NCBI RefSeq assembly: GCF_009834535.1 | Contig: NC_045696.1 | Coordinates: forward strand, 27,716,001 to 27,780,000 | Origin: Camelus ferus | Lineage: Eukaryota | DNA: 64,000 nt | Direction: 5' to 3' | Part shown: positions 11,628 through 25,321 of the stretch, in pieces | Layout: each line of letters opens with the position of its first letter | Numbering within the stretch: the stretch's first letter is position 1 | Notes under the pieces: model-generated | Database searches by the model: none | Seen by the model: the letters and a program-made list of their open reading frames with translations, nothing else | What the model was told of the DNA's origin: nothing | Translations under genes and position numbers: made by a program

Positions 11628-13747
11628 ATATATATATACATATCTGATCTTTCTTTTTTAATTGGCAAAGACTTAAGCAAAGTTTATTTTCCTAGGATTC
11701 CCCTACCCAAGTGCACACATGGAAAGAGAGAGACGGAGAGACAGCACAATATCTAATCAGTTTTTGTGTGGGTACGAAAGAGAAAATATTGAGAGTTCTA
11801 TTTTTTTGGCAGAAAAAAGTAGAGAATCTTGCGTCCTTTAATGTCCTTTTTAAGATTGTGCTGTAAAACTTGCATTTTCTTTAAATGCTTAAATAAGGAA
11901 GAAAATCCTGATGGTTAAAAGGAGAACAAGGGCCATGCCTTCAGCCACTTGATAATAACACGAGGGAGAAAAGCCAGGGAACAACTTCTGGTATTTCTGT
12001 ATCACCAAGTCTGTTCCATGACTACTTGAAAATACTTGTAGCTGATATAAATGAAGCGGAGAGGAGAACAGATAGCACCATCAAAGCAGGCACTCCAGCA
12101 TACTGAACTCTTTTGTAACATTGGTGGCCACGGCAATCATGATTCTGTGGGAGTTTATGCTCATCTTTTTCAGTAAGATTCTACTTTGAAGTACAATGTA
12201 ATATAACTTCTTTTCTAGGAGGATAGAGTGTGATTATAAGAGACAACCTTCAAGTGTTAAAAATACTTGCATCTAGAGGAAGTAGCTTAGCCTAGATTTA
12301 TACCAAAATAATAACTGAGGGTAACTGGTTGGTGGCCCCAGAGGATATGTTTTCTAATCTGTTTATGGTACAAGTGCATTATTTGGACAACACTTTAAAA
12401 GATTTTTTAAAAGGTGAATATTTTTGCCATATACATCTGAAATTAATGGTAGCAAATTCACTAACACAATCCTAGAAAACAGGTTCTGTGGTCTTTAAAA
12501 AGATACAGATGTATTATACATATGCAGTGTTTTTATAGTAAACATTAGCAGGATTCCTTTCTTCTTCCCTTTTGGCTTTTTGTGCATTGCTTGGTAAAAT
12601 ATTTCTAAAAGATTGCTAGTCAGTTGTCATCCTGCTTCGCTCCTGACTAGGATATAATCAGATTTGTAGGAAAAACACATAAGAACCTAAGGCAGTTCTT
12701 AGAACAGTTGACTTGATGGGATATTAAACCATCTGTTGTCAATAACCACAAGCATTTCTGGTACTCCAGCCAATACAAACTTGTTATTCAATTATTAATA
12801 AGATGACAGTTAGTGCTTTACTGTGCTTCAAGTTATATAAAATGCATGGTTTAAATTCTGTAACCCTTTTGTTTTCCTCCAGAGTTTGGCTCTTTTAACA
12901 TTTGCTAGTTTTACCCAATCACCAGTCATGTCAAGGGGGAAAAAAAGTGCATTGGCAGGATGCAAAGAACAGAATAACATGTGACTTTTAAATGCCCCCA
13001 AAGAGAAAGGATTAGGCTGCCCATTATATTCTACAGATCGTTAACGCTCTGCTGTTTGCTCACGTTAGTCTCACAGTTGGGCCTCCTTTCCAAAGACAAT
13101 AATCCTATCAACAGAAACTTGAAATGTAGGTCTTTCTGAGCTTTGGAAAGAGAGCTCAGCTCTCACTTAGGACAATGTGTAAGTTTCCACTGTGACAGAC
13201 ACCAGCGTGCCACCATGTGCACGTTACAGTACGTTCTGAGATTTCTATACAGAGTTGTCACACATCCTACCGTTGCTCATGCTTTAGGGAAGCAAGAAGG
13301 TATTGCTCAGAGAGAAAGAGGTTACATCTGGGTTTAAAGACTCCTATTTCTCTTGGCCAGCATGGACAGAGGAATGAGGTCAGGGCTAGGACTTCTGGTA
13401 GGTGAGTCAGCTCAGGTCTCTTCTCCAAAGTGACCCAGGCTGGGGCAGAGCTGAATCAGTGGAAAACAGATTTTACGCTACAGCTCTTGTTCTCGGGAAA
13501 GGTGTCTTTCTGGTCTTGCAAATGTTTCCGGACAGACTCAGAGTTCTGGAAAGGACTCCTGAAAGGTGGAGGGAATTGCTGGAGCTCTCAGCTTCTAAGT
13601 TTTCCTTCTAAGAGTTTCCTTCTACAATCTCCTTCAACGGATGGCTTTCAGCTCCACAAGCCAGAATGATTATCAACACAATCCACAGCATTTCCCAATT
13701 TACCTAGAGCAAAAGTCAGGGCCCCTCTCCTTCTGTCTGGTAATACT

Positions 13748-13905
13748 GAACAGAGCACAGCTCTGAGATTGGGCTAGACTCCCACTTCACCATATTCTGC
13801 TGTGTACATTTGGGCAGGCTGCTCAACTTCAAGAAAACTTAGTATCTTTCTTTGTAGAATGTGGTTAGTGATGACTTCTACTTGAGAGTGTTGTGAAAAT
13901 CAAAG
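13748..13905 (+). mobile_element. MIR SINE
   Basis: gctgtgtacatttgggcaggctgctcaacttc...tttgtagaatgtgg...gtgttgtgaaaatcaaa. Confidence 0.7.
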
Positions 13906-14667
13906 TACCTGCCAGAATAAGTCCTCATAGAACAGTTCTCAGTAGTTTAAGTTGTAAAGCTAACCTACCCTGACTTAGGCAACACTCTGAGAAGTGAAGA
14001 CCTCTGGGGCTCCACTCTGCTCTGGTCTCTATCTCTCCAGCCAGGTGTTGGGACTTTATGCTGATGACAATAATTTATCTTTTCTAGGACCATCTGCTTT
14101 ATCAGGAGATGATTCTAGTGGTTAGACAATGAAACCAAAAGAATGATTCTAATTATGGAATTTCAGGCAGTAGTCAGCAGAGACTTAGAACAAAAATTTT
14201 ATCTTACTCTTTCCTTCACAAGTGTCTCCCTACTACACTAATACAGAGAGATGACATTTCAATTGTTGGATGACTCTTGCCATATTTGATCTTCAATGAT
14301 ATTTCCTCTTCAGAATCTTTACTCCTCATTCTGAATTTTTTGTATGCCTGTGTCCTAGATAATGACTGAGGGAAACAGTCAAGGAGATTAGAAATAATCA
14401 CATGGAGATTTCTGTCTTCAGAGTGCTGGTTTAAATACCATTAGATCACTGATGGCAGCAGTCTATATGCGCTTATAAAACATGACTGGTGAGTTTGAAA
14501 TTAATTTGTTGCCATAGCTCAGTATCTAGTTCCATTTAAAACCATCTGATAGTTTTGGTTGGTTATCTTGGAGAACTCACACATTAAATATTTCATCTTG
14601 TGATATGAGGAGAGCTGGCTTTCCTTTTTTCAGATGGGTCTTCTCAAAATGAATTTCAGTTTCTAGA

Positions 14668-14840
14668 ATTAATAATAAGACACAGATATGCCTTATTATG
14701 ACCTATGTCTTCTTATTAATATAACATAGAATTCAAACATTTTATATTTATTTATATTATACATATTATACATAAATATTTTATATCTAATATATAAAAT
14801 ATTTGAAATAATATATACAAAATATTTGAATTCTATGTTA
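14668..14840. repeat. Adjacent AT-rich inverted repeats
   Basis: Arms 14668-14685/14703-14720 pair at 16/18 positions. Arms 14722-14743/14819-14840 pair at 21/22 positions. Confidence 0.9.
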
Positions 14841-15234
14841 CCAGATCTTGTAAAAATTTTTCACTTGAGCCCCAAATTTCTCTAAACATTACTTAGAGTA
14901 AAGAATATACTTAAGATAGAGAATCCTGAAGATCAGACCTGGAAAGAAACAGTAGAATTTAACTGCCCCAGGCCCTTTATTTTAAAGATGAGAATTGCAA
15001 GGGCTAAAGAGTTTGAGTGAACTGTATTCAAAGTGACCCAGATATTTAAAGAGAGTTTTTGTACCATTATGCTGCCACTCAAGTCCTACATTCTGTCCTA
15101 ATATAAATCTTGGGCTGGAGAATGTTATCCAAGATAAGTTTATTCGCTCTTCCACATGTGTGGGAGTATGTGCTTTTCGCCTCTCATCCCAGCCCCTCCC
15201 TCTGTATCCTTATGCCCCCTTTGCTAACCATTGG

Positions 15235-15525
15235 TGCTCTTCATAGATTCTGCTGGCTGACTTATGGACACATGGTAGGGTTGGACTGTCCCACCCTTCT
15301 GTAAATCAGGTGTGAACAGCTGACTTGCATTCAGTGAAATGTGAGTGGAGGATGTAAGTACTACGTGATTCCTCAAGTCCCTCCTCACTTTGCAATAGTC
15401 ATAAACATATGCTGAGATAAGGTCTCCTCCCCTGGATTTCTGAGTGCCAACAATGAGCAGAGCCTCTTTCTAACTCCAAGTAGGACAAATGAAATAAACT
15501 ACCCTACGTTGCCTCTTATTAGGAT
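15235..15525 (+). mobile_element. Ancient MaLR (MLT1-family) LTR fragment
   Basis: ggacacatggtagggttggac...gaaatgtgagtggagg...ctggatttctgagtgccaacaatgagcagagcc...gaaataaac resembles MLT1I/J-type LTRs. Confidence 0.6.
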
Positions 15526-15869
15526 GTAGTATTGCATGGTGGTAAAAATGATAAAAAAGGTAATAAATGGAGAGAGAGTCCTCTGCCTAATATATGACAG
15601 AGTGAGCGAGCTACGGTTCCTCCGGAAAAGCTTCATTGTAGAAATGGATTACAACCCAGGCTCTAACATATGTGTAAAATGGGGAGAATATAAATCATAC
15701 GGCCTTCTCATGTGAGTGGAGAGGTGGAGATTCTCCTCAGCATCCTTCAACGTCAAAAACAATGAATTCCCTTTTGTTTAGAAGAGCTCCAAAATGTCTA
15801 GTCATTGTTTAAATAGATATATATGTTTTACTCCTATCAAACACCAGTGTTCATAGGGAAAGATATGAT

Positions 15870-16050
15870 GCTGTGCTTCAGAGAGGTCAGAATAAGGTGT
15901 GAAGAAATATGGAAGAACTTTCTGATCCATAGAGCTGTCCCCAGATGGACCTGGCTCTTTTGTAAAAGGCCAGATCACCATCTGGAAGAGATACTGAGGA
16001 AGATTTTCTAGACAGTCTCTAAATTTCCTTCAAATGCCAAGATTCTGACA
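15870..16050 (+). mobile_element. L3/CR1 LINE 3' end
   Basis: ggaagaactttctgatccatagagctgtccccagatgga...ccttcaaatgccaagattctga, typical of the CR1/L3 terminus. Confidence 0.65.
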
Positions 16051-16559
16051 TCTCCTCTCTCTACCCTAATTTGTCTAACTTTTCTCTGGAGCTGTGTAGA
16101 TTGCACGCACATGAACATTTCTTAAATACTTTCTGATAGTATCACCCTCTAAAGCACGATCATCTCTAATTGAAATTTTTTTTCTCAATTACTGTAAAAT
16201 TTTAAACCTGGTGCTGAAAATAATTTTTGTCCAACACTGAATAATTCAGTCATTTGAAGAGAAGCCATTAAAATGCAAAGTGTTGGCAGAACTCATTCCA
16301 ACAAAAGTTCCAAAAGTGATCCGGAAAACAGATGGCCCTGGGATTAGCTCACTCTGCCAAGATTTCTGGGACACATTTTAATCTGGATAGTATATAATCT
16401 CATTTGTAAAATAAAAATTTGGTTTCAGACCCAGCTATAGCTAAATTCCATAAAAATAATTAAAACTCATTCTAGTATACATGCGGAAATAAACCTGCAT
16501 TTATTTTAAGCTGTTCTCAGATACAATAATCAACTCAATTTAGTTCATGTTATTTAAGT

Positions 16560-16670
16560 GATGGAGTAAAAAGAGAGCTGAGAAAGCAGGGAACCCAGGT
16601 TATAATCCTGGCTCTGCTCCTAATTCCTGTGTGATCTCAGGCAAGTTACTGATCCTCTCTGAGCTCAAAG
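16560..16670 (+). mobile_element. MIR SINE fragment
   Basis: ggttataatcctggctctgctcctaattcctgtgtgatctcaggcaagttactgatcctctctgagctca, MIR core. Confidence 0.8.
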
Positions 16671-18272
16671 GTCCACCAGATGTTAATACTCTGAGTGTGC
16701 TATTTCTTTGATAAAAGAAAAAAATGCATCTTCTTCCTAGTTTAGTACTAAGTGCAGAAAGCTTACAGATTGCAGTAGAAACCAGTCAGTTCTGAATTGC
16801 TACTGCTCTGTACCAGGTGTGATGGATACAGGGGAATCAATTGTGAAGATAAACAAGAGTTAAGAAATCGTGTTTAGCCTTTTAGAGACACCTTTACTAT
16901 TTTTATGACTATATTTGTAATACTTTTGTATGTAAATATCTTTAAGTGTGTGTTTGAATTCTTAATGTAAACATAAAAAAATGTTGCTTCTTCAGTTTAC
17001 TGCATAAATGAAAATTAGCAACAGATTAAATTCAATATTTTTGTGGAGAAACAGTTTACCTTGTTTTTCTTCTGTTACTACAGTAGTAACATATTATCAA
17101 TATAGAAAAATAAGATACAATGGAAAATTAAAAGTATTTTACTGATATCTTTGCATCTATTTACCTGGAATCTTTAAAACATCTACATACATTCTGTGAG
17201 TATGTGCACCTCTACTGTGTTGTGGTATACACTTTGCATACACACAAACATTCACTCACCATTTTTCTGTTTGTAAAAATGGAATTTTTCTTACATTCAT
17301 TTTTAAACTTGCATTTTCTTTTCATATGCTCTTTTATTGAACCAATACATTTCATAAAAGGTGAGCATAATTTTGATAACATTTGCAAGACATATGCTCT
17401 ATGACAGCAGAGATCTTATCTTTTTCTCCACTGTACTCCTTAAACCCAGAAGAATCCGTTATCCTTTACTTACTAAATATTTACTAAATAAATAAACAAA
17501 ATAAGAAATTGAAAAATGTACTATAAACTTGGGCTTTTATTAAAATTAAGTTTACAGATATACAGAGAAGCTTTAAGGACATTTAATATATATCTTGACT
17601 GGTCTTTGATAAGACTCATATAAATACATTAAATATATAAAATAATTAAGAACAGAGATCCACCCACAACTTTCCTTGAATTTAAAAAATATATAAATAT
17701 GAAAAAGGAATGAATATCAGTAGGACAGAAAGGAAGAGAAAATTAGCACTAAGACCATGTTATGTAAGTTTATGCTTCTGCTCCTAAAAAAGGTGATAAT
17801 TTATGTATGTGTATGTCCATGTAAATGTGTATGTTTCTGCAGAGCTATAAAACCCCAGTTTTAAAAGAAAAAACTGATTCTTCAATTTAAGGAATATTTA
17901 TCCATGTTTCCAAAAAAAAAGTATGTTAGGCTAATACATCTGTATCTTCAGTGTAAGATATTATACCAGAAAATACTGTCAAAATAAGGTGGCAGTCTGA
18001 TGTATTAAGCAGTCCACCATATTGCTTCAGGAGAATGATAAGAAAAGTAATACAGTGCATTTATAACTTGTTTGAATTTGAAATCTGAGTTTTCAGTTCA
18101 ATTTGAGATCATAGTTTAAGATGAATAATTTTAAAGAAACATAAATACAGAAACTTTTTTTCCAAAAGAGCAAATACATGATGTAGAAGTTTGTGAAATA
18201 AATAGGAAAATGAGAATGATAAGGGAAAATATGTTCAGGGAATACACTAAAGGAATTTAAAATAGTTCTTTA

Positions 18273-18422
18273 GGAGCTACATTCAATATCTTGTAGTAAC
18301 CTATATGAAAAAGAATAGAAAATGAAGATATATGTATATGCATGACTGAAACATTATGCTATACCCCAGAATTGACACAACATTGTAAACTGACTATACT
18401 ATAATAAATTAAAAAAAAAAAA
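18273..18422 (+). mobile_element. Short LINE-1 3' terminus with poly(A) and degenerate TSD
   Basis: attcaatatcttgtagtaacc...gcatgactgaaacattatgctatacc...actgactatact plus A-tail. Flanks taaaatagttcttta (18258-18272) and taaaataacccttta (18425-18439) match 12/15. Confidence 0.9.
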
Positions 18423-18773
18423 CGTAAAATAACCCTTTACAACTTAATGGTAATGAAGCCAAAATTAGAACTACATATTTCTCTACCAGACATTGCCAAT
18501 TTATAAATACATTGTGTCACAGAATTTTATGTATTCATTGTTTTACTTGGAAAGCATTTTTCCTTAAAGAAATGTTTTAATAATGGCTCTATTACTAAGA
18601 GTCAGAAAGACTTCTAGTGTATCCTAAAATAATACTACTATTACTAGTATAATATAATATATTTCAACTAAAATTAACTCCCATTTTTACATTTTTTAGG
18701 AATGCACTCTGAGTTCAACATGGAGTTCTAAAAATACCTCTCTTCAAGCAACAGGAATGAGGAAGCTCTAATG

Positions 18774-18936
18774 CAATGCTGTTCAGTAGAACTTTCTGTG
18801 TTGATAGAAATATTCTATAAGACCCACATGTGCCTGACTATTGAGCAATTGGAATGTGTAGTATAAAGAGAAACTGAATTACTCATTTTATATTATAGCC
18901 ACATGTAGCCAATGGCTACCTCATTGGACAGCACAT
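18774..18936 (+). mobile_element. MER3 hAT-Charlie MITE
   Basis: caatgctgttcagtagaactttctgtgttgatagaaatattcta...agccacatgtagccaatggctacctcattggacagcac matches both MER3 ends, with tctaa-containing flanks on both sides. Confidence 0.85.
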
Positions 18937-19079
18937 GTCTAACTCATGTTTCTAAGGCATTGTTACAGACTGCATATTGGAGAGTAGAGTAGAGAGGTAG
19001 ATTATATTCATTGGTTCACTATGATGGTAAGATAGTGTAGTTTGGCTTTAGTCATTTTATAAACTTACTGTCTACAGAC

Positions 19080-19400
19080 AAATTGACACTGTCAAACCAC
19101 TTTCCCTTTCTGCATTGCATTCTCCTTTTCCCATTCCTGGAGAAGGCCTACTCTACCTTCAAGATCCAATTTGAATGTTTCCTTTGAAATGTTCCACATA
19201 ACTCAATTACTATGTTCTTTGCATATACAGAAGTTAAAGCATGTCTCATAAAATGTCTCACATCTGTAAGTTTTCTAAAGAGATTTTTTTTTCCAAACCA
19301 ACTTTATCTTATGCAGATTTTATTACCATTATCATTTTTTTCAAGTGTAACCAGCAATTAATGGCTACCTGAATGAATGAATGAATGAATGAATAAATGA
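19080..19400 (+). mobile_element. L2 3' fragment ending in (TGAA)n tail
   Basis: ctactctaccttcaagatccaatttgaatgtttcc upstream and tgaatgaatgaatgaatgaatgaat at about 19370-19395. Confidence 0.6.
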
Positions 19401-20008
19401 AAGTGTCAAACATAGATCCTTCCCTCAAGGAGTTTATAATAGAGATAAACACAGACATGCTTTTCTCTATTCTCTCTGTTATTTGTCCCCAAATATATTT
19501 TGGGACATATTCCAAATTTTATGAAGTGTACTATAGTATACAACCTTGTCAGAAGGAATGAGAAACTTCATATCTGCTGAGAATAACTTAAGATATATAC
19601 CACCCTACCTGCCAGGCCAACTCAGCCAAGACCAGTGGCCCCTCAAACAGGGCCCACCCTGCCCCATCAGGCAGGCAGCTCTAGTGCCCTTCCAAAGTGG
19701 CTTCAACTACAGGGGTCCAGCTCTGACCATCAACACACCCAAAGCAGTTGCAGATGGGCCTTGCAGCCAGTCAGCCTGGGGGCCAGCCCCCACCAGCAGC
19801 ATGCCTGCGGCAATCACAGTCCAATTGCAATAGGAATGTTCATGCAGCTCACATAGAGGATACCCTTGGAGCACCCTATTCTGGTGACCAGGGGAAATTG
19901 CACCACTGGAACACATCAGACATCTTCTATGGAAGGCCAGTTTTTCAAGGCTGGGAGGTATAGCTGATATACTTAATATATAGAAACAAACACAAAGAGT
20001 TAGGCAAA

Positions 20009-20930
20009 ATGAGGAGACAGAGGAATACCCTCCAAGCAAAAGAACAAGACAAAGTTTCAGAAAAAGCACTAAATAAAACAAAGATAAATAATTTACCAGA
20101 TAAATTGTTCAAAGACACAGTCATAAAAATGCTCACCAAACCTGTGAGAGTAGATGGACTCAGTGAGAATTTTAACAAAGAAACAGAAAATATACAAAAG
20201 AATCAATCAGAACTGAAGAATATGATAATTAAAATGAAAAATAGACTACTGGAGATCAACAGGAGATTAGAAGATGCTGAAGAACAGATTAGTGTTCAAG
20301 AAGGCAAGGTAAGGGGATCACCCAAAGAGAACAGCAAAAAGAAAAAAAAAGAGATTTTTAAAAATGAGGATAAACAGACCTCTTTGACAACATCAAGTCT
20401 ATTAACATTTACATTACAGGGATGTCAGAAGGGAAAGAGAGAGAGAAAGGGACAGAAAATCTGTTTGAAGAAATAATGGATGAAAACTTTCCTAACGTGG
20501 TGAAGATAACAGACATCCAAGTCCAGGAAGCACAGAGAGTCCCAAACAAGATGGATCCAAAGAGATCCATGCCAAGACATGTTATAATTAAAATGTCACA
20601 AGTTAAAGATAAAGAGAGAATCTTAAAAGCAGCAAGAAAAAATTCTACTTTTTCTTCATTCTTCATAAAAGAGAATCCTCATAAGACTATTAGCTGAATT
20701 TTACAGCAGAAAATTTACAAGCCAGAAGGGACTGACACAATATATTCAAAGTACCAGAAAAAAAACCAAAAGGAAACAAAACAAAACTTACAACTGAGAA
20801 TACTCTACCAGGCAAGGTTATCATTCAAAACTGAAGAAGAGATAAATAATTTCCCAGACAAGCAAACGCTAAAGCAGTTCATCAGAACTAAAGTATCCTT
20901 GCAAGAAATGTTAAGGGAAATTCTGTAAAT
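20009..20930 (+). pseudogene. LINE-1 ORF1p remnant (frameshifted)
   Basis: MRRQRN...INRRLEDAEEQIS and ENLFEEIMDENFPN...QVQEAQRVPNKMDPKRSMPRHVIIKMSQVKDKERILKAAR are recognisable L1 ORF1p motifs split across frames. Confidence 0.93.
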
Positions 20931-22643
20931 AGAAAATAAAGGACCACGACTAGAAATAAGAAAGTTATGAAAAAATTCTGACAAAAGTAAACATACAGTA
21001 ACAGTAATGGATCAACAAACTATAAAGCTGCTATGAAGGTTAAAAGTAGCAGAATCATCTGTATCTAAAATACTTAAGTAATACACAAAATTAAAAGATG
21101 TAAAATATGATGTCAATGACATAAAATTTGATGGGTGGGAATAAAATGTAGTGCATGTGGAATGTACTCAAACTTAAGTAACCATCAACTTAAAATAGAC
21201 TGCTGTATACTTAGGTTGCTATAAATGAAACTCTTGATAACCACAAACCAGAAACATATAACTGATACACAAAAAATAAAGAAAAATGAATGCAAGCATA
21301 ACATCAAAGAATGTCATCAAATCATGAGGGAACAGAACAAGAGAAGAAAGGAACAGAGAAGAACAATATAAAAACAGAAAACAATAAACAAAATAGCAAG
21401 TGTACACCTACCAATAATTATTTTAAATATAAATGAACTAAATGCTCCAATCAAAAGACATTCTTGCCACTTTTATTCTACATAGTACTGGAAGTCCTAG
21501 CGAAGGCTGTCTGACAGGAAAATGAGATAAAATGTATCCAAATTTGAAAGCAAAAAGTAAAACTGTCACTATTTGCAAATGACATATGATAGCATATATA
21601 GAAAACCCAAAAGACTTCACCAAAAAATGTTAAAACTCATAAATAAATTTAGTGAGGTTGCAGGATATACAGGAATCGGTTATATTTCTATGCACTAATA
21701 ACAAACTATCAGAAAAACAAATTTAAGAAATTAATCTCATTTGCAATTGCATCAAAAAGAAAATACCTAGAAATAAATTTAACCAAGGATATGAAAGACC
21801 TATACTCTGAAAACTATAAGACACTGATGAAAGAAATTGAAGACAACAAAAATAAATGGAAAGATGTAACTCTGTTTATGGATTAAAAGATTTAATATCA
21901 TTAGAATGCCCATACTACTTAAAGCAATATATAGATTCAAAGCAACTCTATCAAAATACCAATGGCATTTTTCACAAACTGGAGCAAGTAATTCTAAAAT
22001 TTCTTTGGAACCAGAAAAGACCCTGAATAGCTAAAGCAATCTTAAGAAAGAAGAACAAAGCTGGGAGGTACCATGCTCCCTGATTTCAACCTATACTGCA
22101 AATTGATAGTAATCAAACCTGAATGGTACTGGCATAAAAACAGATACAGGAATCAATCGAACAGAGTAGAGAGCCACAAAAATAAACCCACACTTCTATG
22201 ACCAATTAATTTATAACAAGATGCCAAGAATATACAGTGGGGAAAAGCCAGTCTCTTCAAGCAATGGTGCTGGAAAAATTGGACAGTTATATGCAGAAGA
22301 ATCGAATTGGACCACTTTCTTACACCATGTAAAATAAACTCAAAGTAGATTAAAGACTTAAATGTAACATCTGAAAACTCTTAGAAGAAAACATATGGTC
22401 TCTAACATCGGTCTTAGCAATAAGTTTTAGATCCGTCTCCTTAGAGAAGGGCAACAAAAGCAAACATAAGCAAATGGGACTACATCAAACTAAAAAGCTT
22501 TTGCAAAACAAGGGAAACCATCAACAAAATGAAAAGATCATCTACTAAATGGCAGAAGATATTTGCAAATGATATACCCAATAAGGGATTAATATTCAAA
22601 ATACACAGAAAATTCATAAAATTAAAAATTAAAAATATAAACA

Positions 22644-23470
22644 CTTTTGAGGAATCTCCATATTGTTTTCTGTAATGACTGCCCCAAACTACATTCCCAC
22701 CAGCAGTGTAGGAGGGTTCCCTTTTCTCCATACCCTCGCCAGCATTTATTATTTGTGGATTTTTTAATGATGGTCATTCTGACTGGTATGTTGTGATACC
22801 TTATTGTAGTTCTGATTTGCATTTCTCTGATAATTAGTGATATTGAGTATTTTTTCATGTGCCTATTGGCCATTTGTATGTCTTCATTGGAGAATTGCTT
22901 GTTTAGATCTGCCCATTTGGGGATTGGAAAGCAATCTAAATGTTCATCAACAGATGACTGGATAAAGAAGTGTGGTGTATTTATAGAATGGAATACTACT
23001 CAGTCATAAAAAAGAATAAAATAATGCCATTTGAAGCAACATGGATGAACCTAGAGATCATCATTCTATGTGAAGTAAGCCAGAAAGAGAAAGAAAAAAT
23101 ACCATATGATATCACTCATATGTGGAATCTAAAAAAAAAGGAAAAAGAAAAAAAAAGGACACTAATGAATTTATCTACAAAACAGAAATAGATTCACAGA
23201 CACAGTGAACAATCTTATGGTTATGAGGGGAAGAGGAGAGGGAAGGGGTAAATTTGGGAGTTTGAGATTTGCAAATGTTAACCACTATATATATAAATAG
23301 ATAAAAAACAAATTTCTTCTGTGTACAGCACAGGAAACTATATTCAATACCTTGTAATAACCTTTAATGAAAAAGAATATGAAAACAAATTTATGTATAT
23401 ATATGCATGACTGGGACATTATGTTGTATACCAGAAATTGACACATTATAACTGACTATACTTCAATAAA
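22644..23470 (+). mobile_element. Younger 5'-inverted LINE-1 3' end nested inside the older L1
   Basis: 22644-22927 is antisense L1 ORF2 end (ORF track 22622..22873 -, [20 protein letters not shown]). 22925-23470 is sense 3' UTR ending actgactatacttcaataaaa. Confidence 0.9.
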
Positions 23471-25321
23471 ACAAACAATTCAATTAAGAAATATTTACAA
23501 GGAATACATGTGGATGGCCAACAGACACATGAAAAGATGCTCAGCGTTACAGTCAAATCAAAATGCAAATCAAAACCACATGTAATATCTCATCACACCT
23601 GTCAGAGTGGCTGCTATCAAAAGGACAAGAAGTAAAATGTGTTGGCAAGGATGTGGAGAAAAGGGAACCCTCATGCCCTGTTGATAGAAATGTAAATTAG
23701 TACAGCCACTACGGAAAACAGTATGGAAGTTCCTCAAAAAATCAAGACTAGAACTACCATACAATCCAGCAGTTCCACTCTGGGTATTTATCCAAACAAA
23801 ACAAAACCACTAGTTCAAAAAGATATAGGCACCTCTACGTTCATTGCAGTATTATTTCCAACAGCCAAGATTTGAAAGCAACCTAAGTGTCCATCAACAG
23901 GGAATGGATAAAGATGTGGTACATATACAATAGATTATTTCTCAACCATAAAAAGGATGAAATCTTGCCATTTGCATCAACATAGGTGGTCTTATGTGGT
24001 ATTATGCTAAGTGAAATAAGTCAGACAGAGAAAGACAAATGTCATACCATATGGTTTATATGGTTTCACATGTATGTGGAATCTAAAGAACAAAAGAAAT
24101 GATCAAAACAAAACAGAAACGCACTCATACGTATAGAGAACAAACAGATGTCCATCAGAGGGAAGAAGGATTAGGAGTTGGAAGAAACAGGGAAAGAGGA
24201 CTGAGAAGTACAAAGTTCCAATTATGAAATAATTGTCATGAGGATATAACAGACAGCATAGGGTATATAGTCAATAATATTGCAGTAACTTTGGGTGGTG
24301 ACAGACGGTTATTAGGCGTATCATGGTGATCAATTTGCGATGTATATAAATGTCAAATCACCGTGTTGTATACTCGCAGCTAATATAATGTTGTGTGTCA
24401 ACTATCAGATGCACTGTGACATCAAGGTTAGAGTGTACACGAGAATGGATTCTTAAGGGGAAATGAGATCACTCATTACAAGATAGACAAGCTCCTAGCA
24501 CTTTTTGTATTATTTAGATTATATTCCACTAATGAGAACAGGCTTGTAGTGGGTAGTTAACTATGTGAAGCCCACATTAAGGTTTCAGATAATAAAACAT
24601 TAACATAAACTATAAATTATTAATATGCTACACATGTTGTGTGAGTGAATTCTGAGCATAAGGATATGTATTTACTAATTTCCCTTGGAAATTAACGTGC
24701 AAACTAACCATGCTCTCACCTTGCTTCATATAGGCCCACCTCCTGGGGGGAATTTGATTAATGGGAGCAGTTATGAAAGGTATCATGCTTTGATTAATGT
24801 ACTTCAATTTTTCTAAGAAGAAATCAAAGGGGACCTTTTTTGCACATTCAACAATTAAGTGATTATATTCTCTGAAATGTCTCATTCTTTTACTTTTGAC
24901 ATTTCTTGGTGCAGAAATTTCTGTGAATTAACACAGAAGAGTTTACATTTGAGTAAAGCTTCACTTGTTGATAACTAATTTATTTTTAAAGAGGTCTCAA
25001 TAATACATTTTATTCTGGAGAAAGACACTTTTATTAAAGGAAATAAAAGAACAGTTTTACTATCTAGAGCAAAGGAACCTATGATTGTTTAATATTTGCC
25101 CTCTTTCCCTATTTTATGTTAACAGGTTGGTATTGTACTCTTTCTGGAACTGATTTGACTCTTGAAAAATTATTTGTCCAAAAGTTAAACTTAGGAACAT
25201 GTCCTCATGGCTGGACAAAATCAACTATGTCATTTCTGTCGCTAACATTTATCCTGCTTTATGGCTTTGGATTGTATTTCTTATCAACACATTTAAAAAA
25301 GTATTTTGTTGCTCACTAATT

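Larger units (their letters stand above)
19600..24404 (+). mobile_element. Degraded LINE-1 (L1MA9-like): partial 5' UTR, ORF1, internally deleted ORF2, 3' UTR; interrupted at 22644-23470
   Basis: ORF1 remnants in the ORF track (20009..20476, 20422..20697). ORF2 endonuclease start HLPIIILNINELNAPIKRH near 21405-21460. RT motif LPLLFYIVLEVLA...KVKLSLFAND from 21461. ORF2 C-terminus and 3' UTR run to about 24404. Confidence 0.95.

Noticed and set aside
19546..20178. Cluster of overlapping ORFs on both strands
   Set aside because: They lie in the L1 5' UTR/ORF1 region and are not host genes.
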